DNA of 64,000 nucleotides, taken from IMG/VR virus record IMGVR_UViG_3300020577_003313, one strand, 5' to 3'. Below the pieces are notes generated by a model. The model searched no databases, was not told the DNA's origin, and saw only the letters and a list, made by a program, of their open reading frames with translations. The stretch is from a virus. Taxonomy: Duplodnaviria; Caudoviricetes. Shown piece after piece: positions 11,301 to 22,200 of this stretch. How positions within the stretch are numbered: position 1 is the stretch's first letter; each line of letters opens with the position of its first letter. The position numbers and the translations under genes were made by a program.

Positions 11301-14300
11301 AGCTGATCCTATGTATATTCTGCAAAGAGATTACTTCCCTACTGGCGGCATCAATACAATAAAAGGTCAAGACGGAGCTACTTTAAGTAGAACAGTACTA
11401 GGTTCTTTAAAGGGTAATAATTTTGATCACTATCTAAAAAGATTTAAGCTAGCCCAAGGTAGAAGAATACAAATAAAGATGGGCTATGATTCTAATCCCA
11501 AAAATCTGAAAACAGTTTTCACTGGCAGAATAGCTGAAATAGAACCCGGAGATGTAGTTACAATTGTTGCCCAAGGATGGAAGGCCGAGCTCATGTCTAG
11601 ACAAGTAGCATTTGCTAACTCAAATGCTAAATCTTGGGGAGCTAAAGATCTTGCTGTACAAGCTATCACAGCAGCGAATCCAGACGGATTCGGAGACTTC
11701 TATGCTCAAAGAGATACCAATTTTATCTTAAGAAATCTACCTAGTGCAGATGCAGAAGAGCTAGCTAGACAAGTTCTAAGAGTACAAGAAGGTTCCATAA
11801 CAGAACACGGTGAAAGAGGATTCTTATCTTCTGCAAAGAACTCAGTAGTATCGTTCTTTGGTGGTACAGAGTATGATAAAGAAAATCCAGGTCTAGACAC
11901 AAGACTGAAGAATATCTGGTATCCAGAAATACCAGAGGTTAGTAACATTCTAGGATTGAGGTCTTTCTTTCAGATACTTCCTTCTCAGGTAAATGATAGC
12001 TGGGTTGTGCCTTTACAGCCAGCATGGGAAGTCCTTAAAGAGGCAGCCAGACATACTTGGAACTATATAGTTCAAGTTGTTCCATATGATGGAGAAGCTA
12101 CTATATTCTTCGGTCATCCGGATCAGCCTTACTACTACACGAAAGGTAACAAAATCTCTAGAACCTATTATGACAAATTCCTAGAAGGATTTGTCAAGTC
12201 CGGAGAAGATGTAAATAACTTAGTTTCTGGATTCTTCTCTAGTCCTTTCTATGGAGAAGGATATGTTCCTAATATAGATAACTTACAAAAAATTAATAAT
12301 GCCATCACTAACTCTTATGACAATGCTGAACTAGGATTCGCATCTGATAAGAAGATAAACAGTAAGTACGATTTGGGATCCTTCATAGAAAATCCAGAAG
12401 TCTTGGATGACTTTTATCAAGAACTGACTAAGTCTAGAAGATCGGCAGTTACATTTAGAGAAGCAAACAGATCCTATAAGATGCTAGAGCATCTGCTCAA
12501 TAGTAATCTATTTGGTAATTTATTTGTAAAGCTCGCGCTTAAATCTAAAGCTCCCTTAGCTGCTTATCAAGATTTAAAATCTACATACCTAAAGTCAAGA
12601 ACAGATACGATAATTGCCAAGCTATTCTTTGAAATGCCAGAGATAGAAGCGCAGGCTTATTTCTGGAGAAACATAGGCAGAGATATGGAAACACTGATGT
12701 CTCCTAGTGTAAATTTAGGAGATCTACAAGACATATCAAATGGAATGTCTGTTGACCTTTCTATAAAAGAAGTTATCATAAATGAGATCAACTCCATATA
12801 CAAGTCTGTAAGTAGTGCGTGGTATTATGACGTCGGTCGCACTCCTACTGTAGTTGTTAAAGATATTGACAATCTTAGAAACTTAGTTGTCTCAAAAGCA
12901 ACAAATCTTTACTCTAGATACTACACTAATGAACTATATGCGGCCAGCATTAAGTCTCTAAATGAAAAAATTGCCGAATGGGGCAATAACAAGATTACAG
13001 GAGAATCCACTAAGCAACTACAGTCTGTGGTCAGCTCAATAAGAGAATCCATAAAGAAGCTTAATCCTAAATTCTCTTCGATAAAGGAAGATATCCAATC
13101 TGAAACTCTGGTAGCAAAGCTAAGAATCTTTGTCTACTACCTAGCGGAATACCTAAAAAATGATTCTCAAGGAAGACTAGAGGCTGACAAGATATCAACA
13201 CTAGCTATATCTTTACCTCCCACAATGCAGGTATTTAGAGTGTTCCATAATATTGATAGCGATCACGATATTGTTTCAAATAATATCGTAGCTAGTACAA
13301 GAGATATGTGGAATACTGTTGTCATTGAGTATCCAGAAAGAGATGCGGCAACAGACAAGGTAGACGATGAAACAGCTCTATACAATAAGACTGAGTTCTA
13401 TAGCGGCATCAAGTGGGTATACTGGCCTAAGAATGAAGTCTCCGGTGTAGTAGGACTACAGTTTCATCCAGGTCTAACACTTGCAAATAAAAAGATTAGA
13501 GTATTTACTGAGATAAACTGCCAGGGCGGAGAGCTAGCTGCAAAGCTAGCTTGTAATAGATTGGCAGAAGGTCTTAGAAAGATGTACCGAGGAACCCTTA
13601 CCATAAAGGGCAGACACATAAAGCCGTATGACAGAATCATTTTAAACGATGATTACACGAATATGGTCGGCCCAGTAGAGGTTGAGTCAGTAGTCCATCA
13701 CTGGAATCTAGACACCGGATGGGTATCAAATATACAGCCGGAGGCTGTGTGTGATTCTAATGCGGGCGCAGCTGTAGTACAGACTGCTGCTATGGAAGCT
13801 CTATTTGATAAGGTATTCAGAACTACAGATTTCCTCACTGACCTAGTAACCTATTGTATAATTGTAGCCACTTTAGGTGGCGGCACTCCAATAGTTGGAG
13901 GTCAGTTTGCTGTTAAGAAAGGTCTGACCGGAGCTATAAAGAAATGGTGGGAAAAGGGAACTAAGGATTATATCTATGATAGGCTAATTGCTGGAAAAGA
14001 TAACATCCTTAAACTTAAGGACATAATAGCAGGACAATACAAAGATCCGCTGAATGCTCTCAGAACTATAATTAGAACATTCATCCAGGGACCAGGTGGT
14101 AAAATATTTGCTAGCCAGGTTATATCTGGAGCAGTAGATACACTAACTGATACAGCATTTAAGCTTACAGTATGTACATCTTTCGTTATGAATGCTCAGA
14201 AAGCTGAGCAATTACCAGTACTCCTTTCTCCTCTTTTATTTAATGGAATGCCGTTCCTTGCAGGATTGGAAACTGAAGATCCGATCTGGGCTGTATTCTT

Positions 14301-14397
14301 TAATGGAACTTTCTGGTCGTTAAAGGATATGCAATTAGGAGCGGCGGAATTCGTTAACGAAATAGGATTCGGAGAACTTCTTAAGGAAATCAAATGA
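8380..14397 (+). CDS. Baseplate hub protein (gpD/gp27-like), large multidomain fusion
   Basis: Hub-type motifs GRRIQIKMGY..LKTVFTGRIAEIEPGDVVTIVAQG and MYRGTLTIKG..IKPYDRIIL..VEVESVVHHW...GWVS; located just upstream of gp25 and J genes. Confidence 0.7.
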   Translation: MTSTSLQIGPYTFQHSVQSIVLQEQKALNAAETTRSSKNLIIDTGKTSSKAVIQFLFSGINEINTDARRLIALFRCCPVISCKNEMISNSWKPLTNQTKKDTDILPKDTAAVDRTEYNQFVPVGLEEISISSVPDLPFCIYLTLTLSKIDVSNATSGDILYQDENPANRWTDPAKAFWLKKWVDTILEDQKIPILIREDFDNISFEWFGKDIFGDRVTSNNIPGRINLEQDSPYLKIQAETCTIRNNFVYNTLIGKGSPSPQHMGSTSRYYSLDILSNGQTDSGESEYKMLQTFKEASDEMARSKNRENRIIGWAVTSPISKLLAVSSYPIRYRSGIFVPITVSQETSSEPFVKTISIDMIENNVDFFQQNEILLTEGGTDYDDLLAYYKRLTEKEYQFRKNKQTPGYVDSALSGTSIQSQEEYDAWSLFWPISSPGYTWVKNTDIFGVLSKETLKAVFLDPEYDTKERLAIALNQAILVVGETLSGSRQVPIWTKTKINLDQIRSLVAGSDSDEKDLASIFIAIKDLVSTKMILGADETAINFLSQKIFLSFLGDFDGVLDVNTESGSVVQILAGSVYQFHPDFLSALFRVLVERRKPPQFKIPAYSIDAVNTSFFKLIAAFAKDNNKLPIYKEPEPGTSNDNAKALSVVKANNRCLYPDLLLPTYGELYEDKWTLFAPTYNDFGIINRKPSSDSVIADNPQNEIAVSIDDYVSPAAWFFNKKFKEGLDKLLSFVDKDASAAAAVGHNLVISIPFDTDEIEELEELLQKKEEDNPTYRAASLPTIIERSESIIRNAIQRQLDNPNQKFYDSLKQLEIIDANEALRQQYLSSSSKTVSILQSNAGSITVKRKLTAPGVAGAIVRVLKEYKLLSTSDRLPRLDAYEEYRSADKTSEFKFIRGLDENTQQSVKSMIDQLPDTYESMVKLFPACKVYLVDKRGTDIVGDDSFFTVNPIVSIDITLDKEEADLAVIRVADPMYILQRDYFPTGGINTIKGQDGATLSRTVLGSLKGNNFDHYLKRFKLAQGRRIQIKMGYDSNPKNLKTVFTGRIAEIEPGDVVTIVAQGWKAELMSRQVAFANSNAKSWGAKDLAVQAITAANPDGFGDFYAQRDTNFILRNLPSADAEELARQVLRVQEGSITEHGERGFLSSAKNSVVSFFGGTEYDKENPGLDTRLKNIWYPEIPEVSNILGLRSFFQILPSQVNDSWVVPLQPAWEVLKEAARHTWNYIVQVVPYDGEATIFFGHPDQPYYYTKGNKISRTYYDKFLEGFVKSGEDVNNLVSGFFSSPFYGEGYVPNIDNLQKINNAITNSYDNAELGFASDKKINSKYDLGSFIENPEVLDDFYQELTKSRRSAVTFREANRSYKMLEHLLNSNLFGNLFVKLALKSKAPLAAYQDLKSTYLKSRTDTIIAKLFFEMPEIEAQAYFWRNIGRDMETLMSPSVNLGDLQDISNGMSVDLSIKEVIINEINSIYKSVSSAWYYDVGRTPTVVVKDIDNLRNLVVSKATNLYSRYYTNELYAASIKSLNEKIAEWGNNKITGESTKQLQSVVSSIRESIKKLNPKFSSIKEDIQSETLVAKLRIFVYYLAEYLKNDSQGRLEADKISTLAISLPPTMQVFRVFHNIDSDHDIVSNNIVASTRDMWNTVVIEYPERDAATDKVDDETALYNKTEFYSGIKWVYWPKNEVSGVVGLQFHPGLTLANKKIRVFTEINCQGGELAAKLACNRLAEGLRKMYRGTLTIKGRHIKPYDRIILNDDYTNMVGPVEVESVVHHWNLDTGWVSNIQPEAVCDSNAGAAVVQTAAMEALFDKVFRTTDFLTDLVTYCIIVATLGGGTPIVGGQFAVKKGLTGAIKKWWEKGTKDYIYDRLIAGKDNILKLKDIIAGQYKDPLNALRTIIRTFIQGPGGKIFASQVISGAVDTLTDTAFKLTVCTSFVMNAQKAEQLPVLLSPLLFNGMPFLAGLETEDPIWAVFFNGTFWSLKDMQLGAAEFVNEIGFGELLKEIK

Positions 14398-14864
14398 GCC
14401 TATCCTCAAAGATAGATCTAAATTCTAGAAATGCTTCTAGACGATTTGCCAAAGGAACTCTATGCTCCATACTATATGGAGTAGATATAGTTTCATTTAT
14501 TAGCAGAAACGGTTTATTCCCCACTGGATTCAGATTAACACATCCAGAATTTGGCTACAATGCTAAGTCAAATAGAGTTCTGTGCGTGCCTAAGGTTAAC
14601 AAGCCAGAGCTGGATGGTCTACTGGGATATGCTAATTCGTCAGGAGATGACGCAATAAATAGAGCAGCCGGGCTATCTGCTTTCTTAAAGCAGAACATGA
14701 TTCTCGTTTATTTAAATAATAAGACTAATGAGCTAGAGATAGCTAAGTTAGTGGCTTATGATGTTGAGATAGATTCAATGGACCTGCTAGGATCTCTATC
14801 AGGAAATCTAGTTCTCAAGTCTGGAGTGACTGATGAGAACGAAGGAAATAAATGGAATGACTGA
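14394..14864 (+). CDS. Hypothetical baseplate-region protein
   Basis: 156-aa ORF coupled (ATGA) to the hub gene, at the position where spike or baseplate accessory genes usually lie; no motif recognised. Confidence 0.55.
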   Translation: MSLSSKIDLNSRNASRRFAKGTLCSILYGVDIVSFISRNGLFPTGFRLTHPEFGYNAKSNRVLCVPKVNKPELDGLLGYANSSGDDAINRAAGLSAFLKQNMILVYLNNKTNELEIAKLVAYDVEIDSMDLLGSLSGNLVLKSGVTDENEGNKWND

Positions 14865-15528
14865 CAGTTCGCAAAATAATCCAAACTCAATTGCAGGCTC
14901 AGCAGATGGAGCAGCAACACAAGACGAGCTAGTTTCTGGTGTAGTAGATATCAATCTAACTCCTAGCAATAAAGATCTACAGACCCTTGCCGCAGATACT
15001 CTGCGGGCACTAGAATGGTCTACCACTTCTAAGACTAATGTTTCGTCCTCTCCTAAGTATCCTGGCAGTCCTTATAACTCTTACATAGGAGGAGGATCAT
15101 TTAGTATGGTTCCCCTGCTTGGTAGGTTTGTGTTTTCTTCTTCTGAAAATGAAGAAAGCCCTCCTGCTTTAAAAGTTGATAAGGCGTCTTCCACTTTTTC
15201 CTCAACAAGTACTTCCACAACACTAGGTAGTAAAAATATTGATACCCTTGATGGGTATCAGGTGACTCAAACAGATCGCCCCAGTACTCCATTCAGTCCC
15301 CAGAAGACCTGGGTGAAGGACATATTTAACACCCTAGCAGATAGTAAGTTAGTGCAGCTAGCTTTCTTAGAAGCAATTAATGTATTACTTCTCTCTGCAC
15401 TTAGCAATAAAGGGACAAAATCAGAGCAAATAACTAAGACAACAGGTCCAGATATCGGTACAACGATAGTTGACAATCAAGAAATTGAAGATAGAATCTT
15501 GGCCGAGGTATACAGTAGAAGACAATGA
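14857..15528 (+). CDS. Hypothetical baseplate-region protein (possible spike-associated)
   Basis: The ORF track starts at 14833, but the in-frame ATG at 14857 has GAAGGA upstream and overlaps the previous stop. Ser/Thr-rich middle; sits between hub and gp25. Confidence 0.5.
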   Translation: MTDSSQNNPNSIAGSADGAATQDELVSGVVDINLTPSNKDLQTLAADTLRALEWSTTSKTNVSSSPKYPGSPYNSYIGGGSFSMVPLLGRFVFSSSENEESPPALKVDKASSTFSSTSTSTTLGSKNIDTLDGYQVTQTDRPSTPFSPQKTWVKDIFNTLADSKLVQLAFLEAINVLLLSALSNKGTKSEQITKTTGPDIGTTIVDNQEIEDRILAEVYSRRQ

Positions 15529-15962
15529 CTAGCTATACAGAACAAGACATTGCTCTAACCTTTGACGGAGATATAATTCTAGAGTCGAATGGTGACATAA
15601 AGGTGGCCAATTCTTTGGACACCTACAAGAGCGCGGCTAACTTTGTCCTAAGAACTGACTATGGAGATTATGCGGCCGATAACAATGTCGGCTGTAACCT
15701 AGGTTCTTTCATTGGTGCTACCAATACACCAGATGTACACGCTGAAATGGAATACAACATAACCAGTACTCTACAGAACGAAATTTTTGGTCAGGGTTCT
15801 GTTGTAGCTACTGTAGTTCCATTTGATATAGATGAGGCCCTGGCCATAATAGAAATCGCAGGAATTTTCTTGATAGACGGTGAGTATACCTATGTTCAGG
15901 GCGATCGTATGAATTATGCTTTCCCGTATATTGACGGAAACCCAACACCACTAGTAGTTTAA
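15525..15962 (+). CDS. Baseplate wedge gp25-like / sheath initiator protein
   Basis: DIALTFDGDIILESNGDI..LRTDYGDY..VGCNLGSFIG pattern, 145 aa, directly before Baseplate-J. Confidence 0.85.
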   Translation: MTSYTEQDIALTFDGDIILESNGDIKVANSLDTYKSAANFVLRTDYGDYAADNNVGCNLGSFIGATNTPDVHAEMEYNITSTLQNEIFGQGSVVATVVPFDIDEALAIIEIAGIFLIDGEYTYVQGDRMNYAFPYIDGNPTPLVV

Positions 15963-15965
15963 CAT

Positions 15966-17120
15966 ATGCCGTTAAAAAAGAAAAGCCTATCTGAGATGAC
16001 CAAGGATTCTCTGCGGTATCTAGCAGAGAATACAAATATTACATATTTTGCCCAGGGGTCGGTATCTAAAGCTCTAATAGAAGCAACAAACCTAGAGATA
16101 TCTAGATTACAAGATTTTGTATCTACTACTTTTGATAACGGATTCCTCTCTACAGCAAGCGGTATCTACCTAGATCTATTCGGAGAAATGCTGAATACTC
16201 CTAGAATCAGAGACAGGGCCGCCTCGTCCTCTGCTGAGGACGGGGCTGTGAGGTTCTATGTAGATAGTGGTACTCTAGGATCAAAGCTTCCTAGCCTTAT
16301 TGTAGCTAACAAGGGCACGATTCCTTCGGGTACCAGAGTATCCACTAAAGACGGATCTATTACTTACTATGTAAGTAATGATGTAACATTCCCAATTAAC
16401 GCTAGAAGCGTTTTCGTTCCTGTAAGTGTTTCTAGTTCTGGCTCTTCATACAATGTTGGAGCCAATCAGCTAACAACACATAGTCTTTCTTCCTCTGATA
16501 TTAAGGTTACAAACGACCTTGCTATCACATCCGGAACAGATGTAGAGTCTGATGCTGAGTACAGATATCGCCTGTCAAAGGCGATGACAACCAAGTTTGG
16601 AGCTAATAGAACGGCTATACAAGTAGCTGCTTCTTCTCAACCTGGAGTATCAAGAGCAGATGTACTTCCTTTTACAAGAGGATCCGGCACCTTCGATGTG
16701 TTGCTAATCCCCCAAGGAAACAGACTTACCGTAACTGCTAAGGAAGATACCAGAAGAGCTATAGAGCAGGTAACTGCTTTTGGCGTTAGCCCTAGAATTC
16801 TAGAACCAGTCTATGTACCATTTAGAATTATAGTTCAATTAATTTACCAGGAAGGAACCGCAGAGGGTCAAAAAATTACTATAAGAACTGGCGCAGAATC
16901 GGCCATTCTTAGATACTTCGCATCTATCCCAATAGGTGGAGAAGTTGTAATGAATCAAATCAGAGCAGCAGTACTAACCAGCAATACTGCTATCAAAGAT
17001 ATGAGGATAGTAGAGCTCTGCATAGATAATCACCAGAGAACAATAAACAATGTTCAGCTAGAAAAAGATGAACTCCTAGTTCCAGATTCAGAGTCCGACG
17101 ACAGCGTAAAGGTAGTATAA
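15966..17120 (+). CDS. Baseplate J-like wedge protein
   Basis: ASGIYLDLFGEML..R, GTIPSGTRV, GTDVESDAEYRYRL and PGVSRA..RGSGTFDV are typical Baseplate_J motifs, indicating a contractile tail. Confidence 0.9.
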   Translation: MPLKKKSLSEMTKDSLRYLAENTNITYFAQGSVSKALIEATNLEISRLQDFVSTTFDNGFLSTASGIYLDLFGEMLNTPRIRDRAASSSAEDGAVRFYVDSGTLGSKLPSLIVANKGTIPSGTRVSTKDGSITYYVSNDVTFPINARSVFVPVSVSSSGSSYNVGANQLTTHSLSSSDIKVTNDLAITSGTDVESDAEYRYRLSKAMTTKFGANRTAIQVAASSQPGVSRADVLPFTRGSGTFDVLLIPQGNRLTVTAKEDTRRAIEQVTAFGVSPRILEPVYVPFRIIVQLIYQEGTAEGQKITIRTGAESAILRYFASIPIGGEVVMNQIRAAVLTSNTAIKDMRIVELCIDNHQRTINNVQLEKDELLVPDSESDDSVKVV

Positions 17121-17590
17121 TGTTCAAATTTTTCCAAGCACAGTATAACCCACAAGATCTTACAGGAACTGTAGGTGGTTCTATATCTACTTTGGAACTT
17201 AGTGGATATCTCGGAGAACTGTTTACATATACAGTAGCTCCACCAGAAGAGTACACTGGTGCATATTACCAGTATAGAAAGATCTTTGTGATGAACGATT
17301 ACGAATCATCTTCATCTAATACAAGACTGTGGCTGGATGCTCAGCAGCATCCTGATCAAATATCAATAGCTGTTCAGACTGGAGGAACTCCTACTGTAGC
17401 TAATGCTTCCACAGAACCAAACGGCATAACAACATGGGCACAGCCTTCTAACTTCTCAGAAGGAGTAGAGATTGGAACCATGACATCTAGCTCCTACACT
17501 GGAGTTTGGCTCAGACAAAAACTGAGCGAAGTAACTGAAGCAGATCCATACTCGTCTCTAAGAATCTATATAGGCGGGATCATTAACTAA
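17120..17590 (+). CDS. Conserved small phage tail/baseplate structural protein
   Basis: GELF...YQYRKIFVMN...IGTM....TGVWLRQ pattern recalled from phage tail modules; TAATG coupling to J. Confidence 0.55.
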   Translation: MFKFFQAQYNPQDLTGTVGGSISTLELSGYLGELFTYTVAPPEEYTGAYYQYRKIFVMNDYESSSSNTRLWLDAQQHPDQISIAVQTGGTPTVANASTEPNGITTWAQPSNFSEGVEIGTMTSSSYTGVWLRQKLSEVTEADPYSSLRIYIGGIIN

Positions 17591-17598
17591 GGTAACAC

Positions 17599-19227
17599 AT
17601 GACAGACAGTATCGGCATTAACTTAGCGTTCGATTATCAATCACTTCGCTATAAAATAAGCGCGCTATACAACGCAAGATCGTTCCCGTCTACATCCTAT
17701 ACTACTGAATTATTCAGTAACAGCGGGTTCGCATCTCCTGGAACTGTATCAACATTGCTTGGAGGAGTTATATCGTCAACCGCTAGCTCCGCCTACCAGC
17801 TACCTTACTCAATACTAGATAGCGATGGCACGCCCATGGCTGCTGGTTACATATTACAGCATTCTATTGTACAAGGTAGATCCTACGGATCTACTACTCC
17901 TAAGTTTGGTATAAACGACGTAGGCGGATTCGGCTACGATAGAGGTAGCGAGAATTCAAGTGTTTACATTACTAATCCATTCTCAGAAATGAGAGTAGAC
18001 TATAACGTAGACCCAACATTATACTCTTCTTATGCAGGCTTGTCTGGCCAAATAGTAGACTATTTAATTAACCTAGACACGTTCTTAAGTAAGAAAAATG
18101 ATTCATATGTTTCTGTTCCTGTTCAGTTCTCAAGAGGAGATGCTTCTCTTAATGCTAAAGTAACTGCTCAACAGAACAATAGAATCACTTGGGACAACCC
18201 ATTCTTAGTAACATCTGTAGGAACTACAGACTTTACAGATGCTAAGCTTTCTGTGCTATCAGGAGTTGAATCTGGAAACTCGTTTAGAGTAGTTTCTTAT
18301 GATAACTCCAATAAGTACTTGTATCTAGATAAGTCTGGTTCTTTCGTTAATTCTATAATCCAAGTAGCTCCTAGAGCTACGGTCATGGCTTATTCTGGAT
18401 GGAGTGACTCCGCACAAGTTAGATGTAAGTTTGATTTGAATAAATCATTCCCGGTCGGAATGGGATATTACTCCGGAGTAGTGAGCTACTCTGGACAAAG
18501 CACATACGAGCTAACTCCAGGAGTTAATGTTCTTACAGATACTGTAACCATTCCTAAGGATATATACATGAGAGCTCCGGAGTTCGGAGACATTTTCATG
18601 TTCAAAACGCCGTCTTCTGTTACAGCAAGCGGACTGATTGTATCTGTGTCTCACAATTCATCCACATATGGTATACAGTATTATCCAAGACAGCAGCCAG
18701 GAACTACTCCTCCTAACAACGCCTTTACTCTAAAAAGAACTGCAAAGTTTGATCTAGAGTACTATCCTCAGTTTGGTAAGAACTACACTCTTGTGAGCTA
18801 CATTGATGGCTCTTCACTTGAAGCAGGAATTGTAAATGTTCCAGCACCGACTGCAACCTTGGAAATTGCAGCAGGAGATTACGATAGCTCCTTTAGTTCA
18901 GTTACTGATACAAGCCATTTCCACATTGGTCCAATCCATCTATCAGATGGAAGTGTACTGACGGGTACAAATATCTTAATTAGTGGAAGCCTCTATAACA
19001 ACAATCCAACATCAAACGTTCCTCTAGGAACTTGGAATAGGTTTACTTCTGCAAGTACAAACGTTGCTCCTGTTTACTCTGGGTTGTATGCAAAGAATGG
19101 ATCGCTAATAACGGTTCTGCCGAACTCTTTCACAACTCCTGACATGCTAACACTAATTGCTTCTGCAAGTGTAGGCAGCTCAACAATTAACAAGATCATA
19201 AACTTACCAGTTCAGCCTCCAGTCTAA
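17599..19227 (+). CDS. Virion structural protein, beta-rich, Ser/Thr/Gly-rich
   Basis: 542-aa ORF in the tail module; alternating hydrophobic pattern; AAGG upstream of ATG. Confidence 0.55.
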   Translation: MTDSIGINLAFDYQSLRYKISALYNARSFPSTSYTTELFSNSGFASPGTVSTLLGGVISSTASSAYQLPYSILDSDGTPMAAGYILQHSIVQGRSYGSTTPKFGINDVGGFGYDRGSENSSVYITNPFSEMRVDYNVDPTLYSSYAGLSGQIVDYLINLDTFLSKKNDSYVSVPVQFSRGDASLNAKVTAQQNNRITWDNPFLVTSVGTTDFTDAKLSVLSGVESGNSFRVVSYDNSNKYLYLDKSGSFVNSIIQVAPRATVMAYSGWSDSAQVRCKFDLNKSFPVGMGYYSGVVSYSGQSTYELTPGVNVLTDTVTIPKDIYMRAPEFGDIFMFKTPSSVTASGLIVSVSHNSSTYGIQYYPRQQPGTTPPNNAFTLKRTAKFDLEYYPQFGKNYTLVSYIDGSSLEAGIVNVPAPTATLEIAAGDYDSSFSSVTDTSHFHIGPIHLSDGSVLTGTNILISGSLYNNNPTSNVPLGTWNRFTSASTNVAPVYSGLYAKNGSLITVLPNSFTTPDMLTLIASASVGSSTINKIINLPVQPPV

Positions 19228-22200
19228 TGATTATTACCAAGAATACAGTAGGCGCCTCTCCTGTAAGAGGCGGTTCTTTTTTAAGCCAGAAAGGATTTGC
19301 TTCTAGAAGACCTACAGTTAGTACTAGCAATGCTGAAAAGAATTACAGCACACTGTCTAGGTCGCCTGACAATACTACAGTATTCAGACTTTTTAATACT
19401 GAGGCAGAGTTTATATTTGAGTACGACCCTATAACTGGTGTTAGACTATCTAAGTTTAGGTCAAATGATGATGATACTTACTTCATTAATCATTCGAGAA
19501 AATTGTGGGAACTATGTATAAGAAGACAAACTGTTGTCGATGTTCCAACCAATTATGTTTTCGTAGATAAGTATTTTGTAAGACCTACTAGAGCCACGTT
19601 CTCAGTACCTTCAGTAATTCCAGTTTCCACATCTGAAGGAAAAACATTTGTCTTTAGATGGAAAGACGTTCCATATAATTACAAAAACAGAACTAAAACA
19701 TGTAGCGTGTCGCTGACAGCATTTTTACCAAAGGGGTCTCCTTATCTAGAGATGTCTGTGTCTGTTGAAGCAAATCACGCAATATCGTCTAAGGATGTGG
19801 ACGTGTGTATTTCTGCTGTTGGCATGCCCAGTCTTTCTCTTAGAAAGAGAGGTGCTAATCAATCGCAAGATTACATCTCCTTACCAATAACTGAAGGGTC
19901 TACTATACTTGATCCGATCAAAAGACTTGCCGCTCCAAGATTTGACGAAGAATCATTTCAGTTTAATGAGAATGCTACTAAGACTTATTTAGGAGCAGGA
20001 CTTCCTGGTAATCCTCTTGTTAGGACTCTGAAGAGAGGAAACTTTGGTAGTCCGGGACAGATGTCTGTCCCTTTAATTATATTTGGTAATAGAACTGACA
20101 AGCGCGGATTCATTTATTACGCAATGGATCCAGATCTATTACACTCTAAGCAATTTCAATATTTTTCTGATGGCTATTCTATGCATATCAGAACTTATGA
20201 TATATCTGATCACGAAATAGACCCATATGGAATGGGAGGCAAAGTATCTTATGAGAATGTCTCTTATCCTTCTCCTGTGTTGGCGTATGGTAACCGGAAA
20301 AATACGATTGGATGGAAAGTAAGAATAAGACCATATACCTCCCCAACTATATGGGGAGATTGGTACGCTACTACTTTATACAAAAAAGAAGTAGTCCCAG
20401 AGCTAGAAGCTAGTGGAGTCATTCCGAAATCGTTCAAAGAACGATATTTAAGTGGGTATCTGGATAAAAGGGATTCTGAAGTCCCATTCATAGCAGTCCA
20501 TTATGGGTATCTTTCTGGATCTGTGACTCCGTCACTTTCTGGAAATTCCTACTTACAGAATCTGTACAAAGACGCTACGTATCCTTCTACTCAGCAATCT
20601 CCAAAAGTAATAACGCACTTTCAGCCTGTTTCTCTTAACAACCTAGAAAATACTGGAAGTATTTACTATGGATGGGAACAGTGGGCTAGTAAGAATCCTA
20701 TTAGCACGAAGGGCCAGTTTTTATCTCCTGATATCTCAGGATTTAATAATAACTTTGCTTCTATAGTAAGCACAATGCAGGCAAGTGGGCAGTCCCTTTC
20801 TGTCTACACTATGTGGCCATTCCTAATCAGTAGCGGATCTAATTGGACTAGGACACATTCTGGCATGGACTTAATTACTAAGTCCCCAATTAATCAATCC
20901 AAGACTTTCACTACTGGTGACTATAAGTACTATCTTGTTGACAACCAGCAAACTATTGCTACTGGTGAAGTATTCAGTTGCTGTATCGCTCCTACTCTAT
21001 ACTATGACAAGCATGTAGAAATAAGCAGAGACATGTCCAATAGTGGGCTAATGCAATTCTACTTTGATACAGCTGGAGCATGGTCTAGAGGATGCTATGC
21101 TGAGTCGCATCAATATTATCATACAGGATTAGCTAGAACGGTTTCCTTAAAGCACCCAAGAGCTGGAACTTCTCACTATTTCAATAGACTACAGTACAAA
21201 GCCTTCACAGGCGCTAGAGGCGCCACTCTTGCAAATAGAAGTGCTAATTGGCCAGACGTAAGTGGCTCAGTATTTAATCCTTCGTTCTTTGAACACATCT
21301 GTGATGCTAACATTCCGGTCACAGATGGTTCGCTTCTGTACAATCCTACTTCAGCGATATACGCAACTTATTTCAGTCCGCTATCCTTAACCAATCCTCT
21401 ATGGAGTGGTTCTCCTAGAGGAGACGCCATCTGGGGATCACTAGGAACTGTATACTATAATGTTGTGGCTATAGAACCTCCGAACTGGCTACAAACAAAC
21501 CCAATCTTTACTACTATCTATGGAGATAGACAGTTTATAAGTGATTGGTTTAACGCTTCGATTGGCAACCATTTACTTATGTCTGGAGCGTGCTGGCCAA
21601 CAGAACCAGCCGGAACTACATCAATATATGGTTACCCAGATTCTAGGATACCCAATGACTCCGGTAGATATTATCAGAACAAGAACTGGGTAGCATCTAG
21701 AATAAATATGCTACCGAGAATAACCGCAACATATCAGTACCGCGATTATTCTGGTATAGATTCTAGATGGGTTCCAGCTACTCCAGAAATGTCTGGAGCG
21801 ATGAACGCTCCTGTCTGGAGCGGTATGCAGCAATTTACGAGATCAATCTGTAGGCTTCTGGCATATGCGCCAGATCATATGTATCACGGCTATGCTGAGC
21901 ATCCGCTAGAATCCTGGACAGTAGGAAACGATGCGTCTGCCTATGGACCTAGAGTCTATAGAAGCACTAGAATTCCAAATGCTAGCGGATGGCTAAGAGG
22001 CGACGACAAAGTTATTCACGGTGTTAGAAGACACCATTCAAACGATTCAGTAGTGCTCTGGATAGCTAACTGGACTTCAGGATCGGCATTCTTCTCGGGT
22101 AGCTTCGATCCAGCTGCTTACGAATTTGAATCTGGTTACGGAGTAACCCAGATAGACCTTTCTGATACTGGAAATGGAACACTATCTAACTTTGGTCTGT

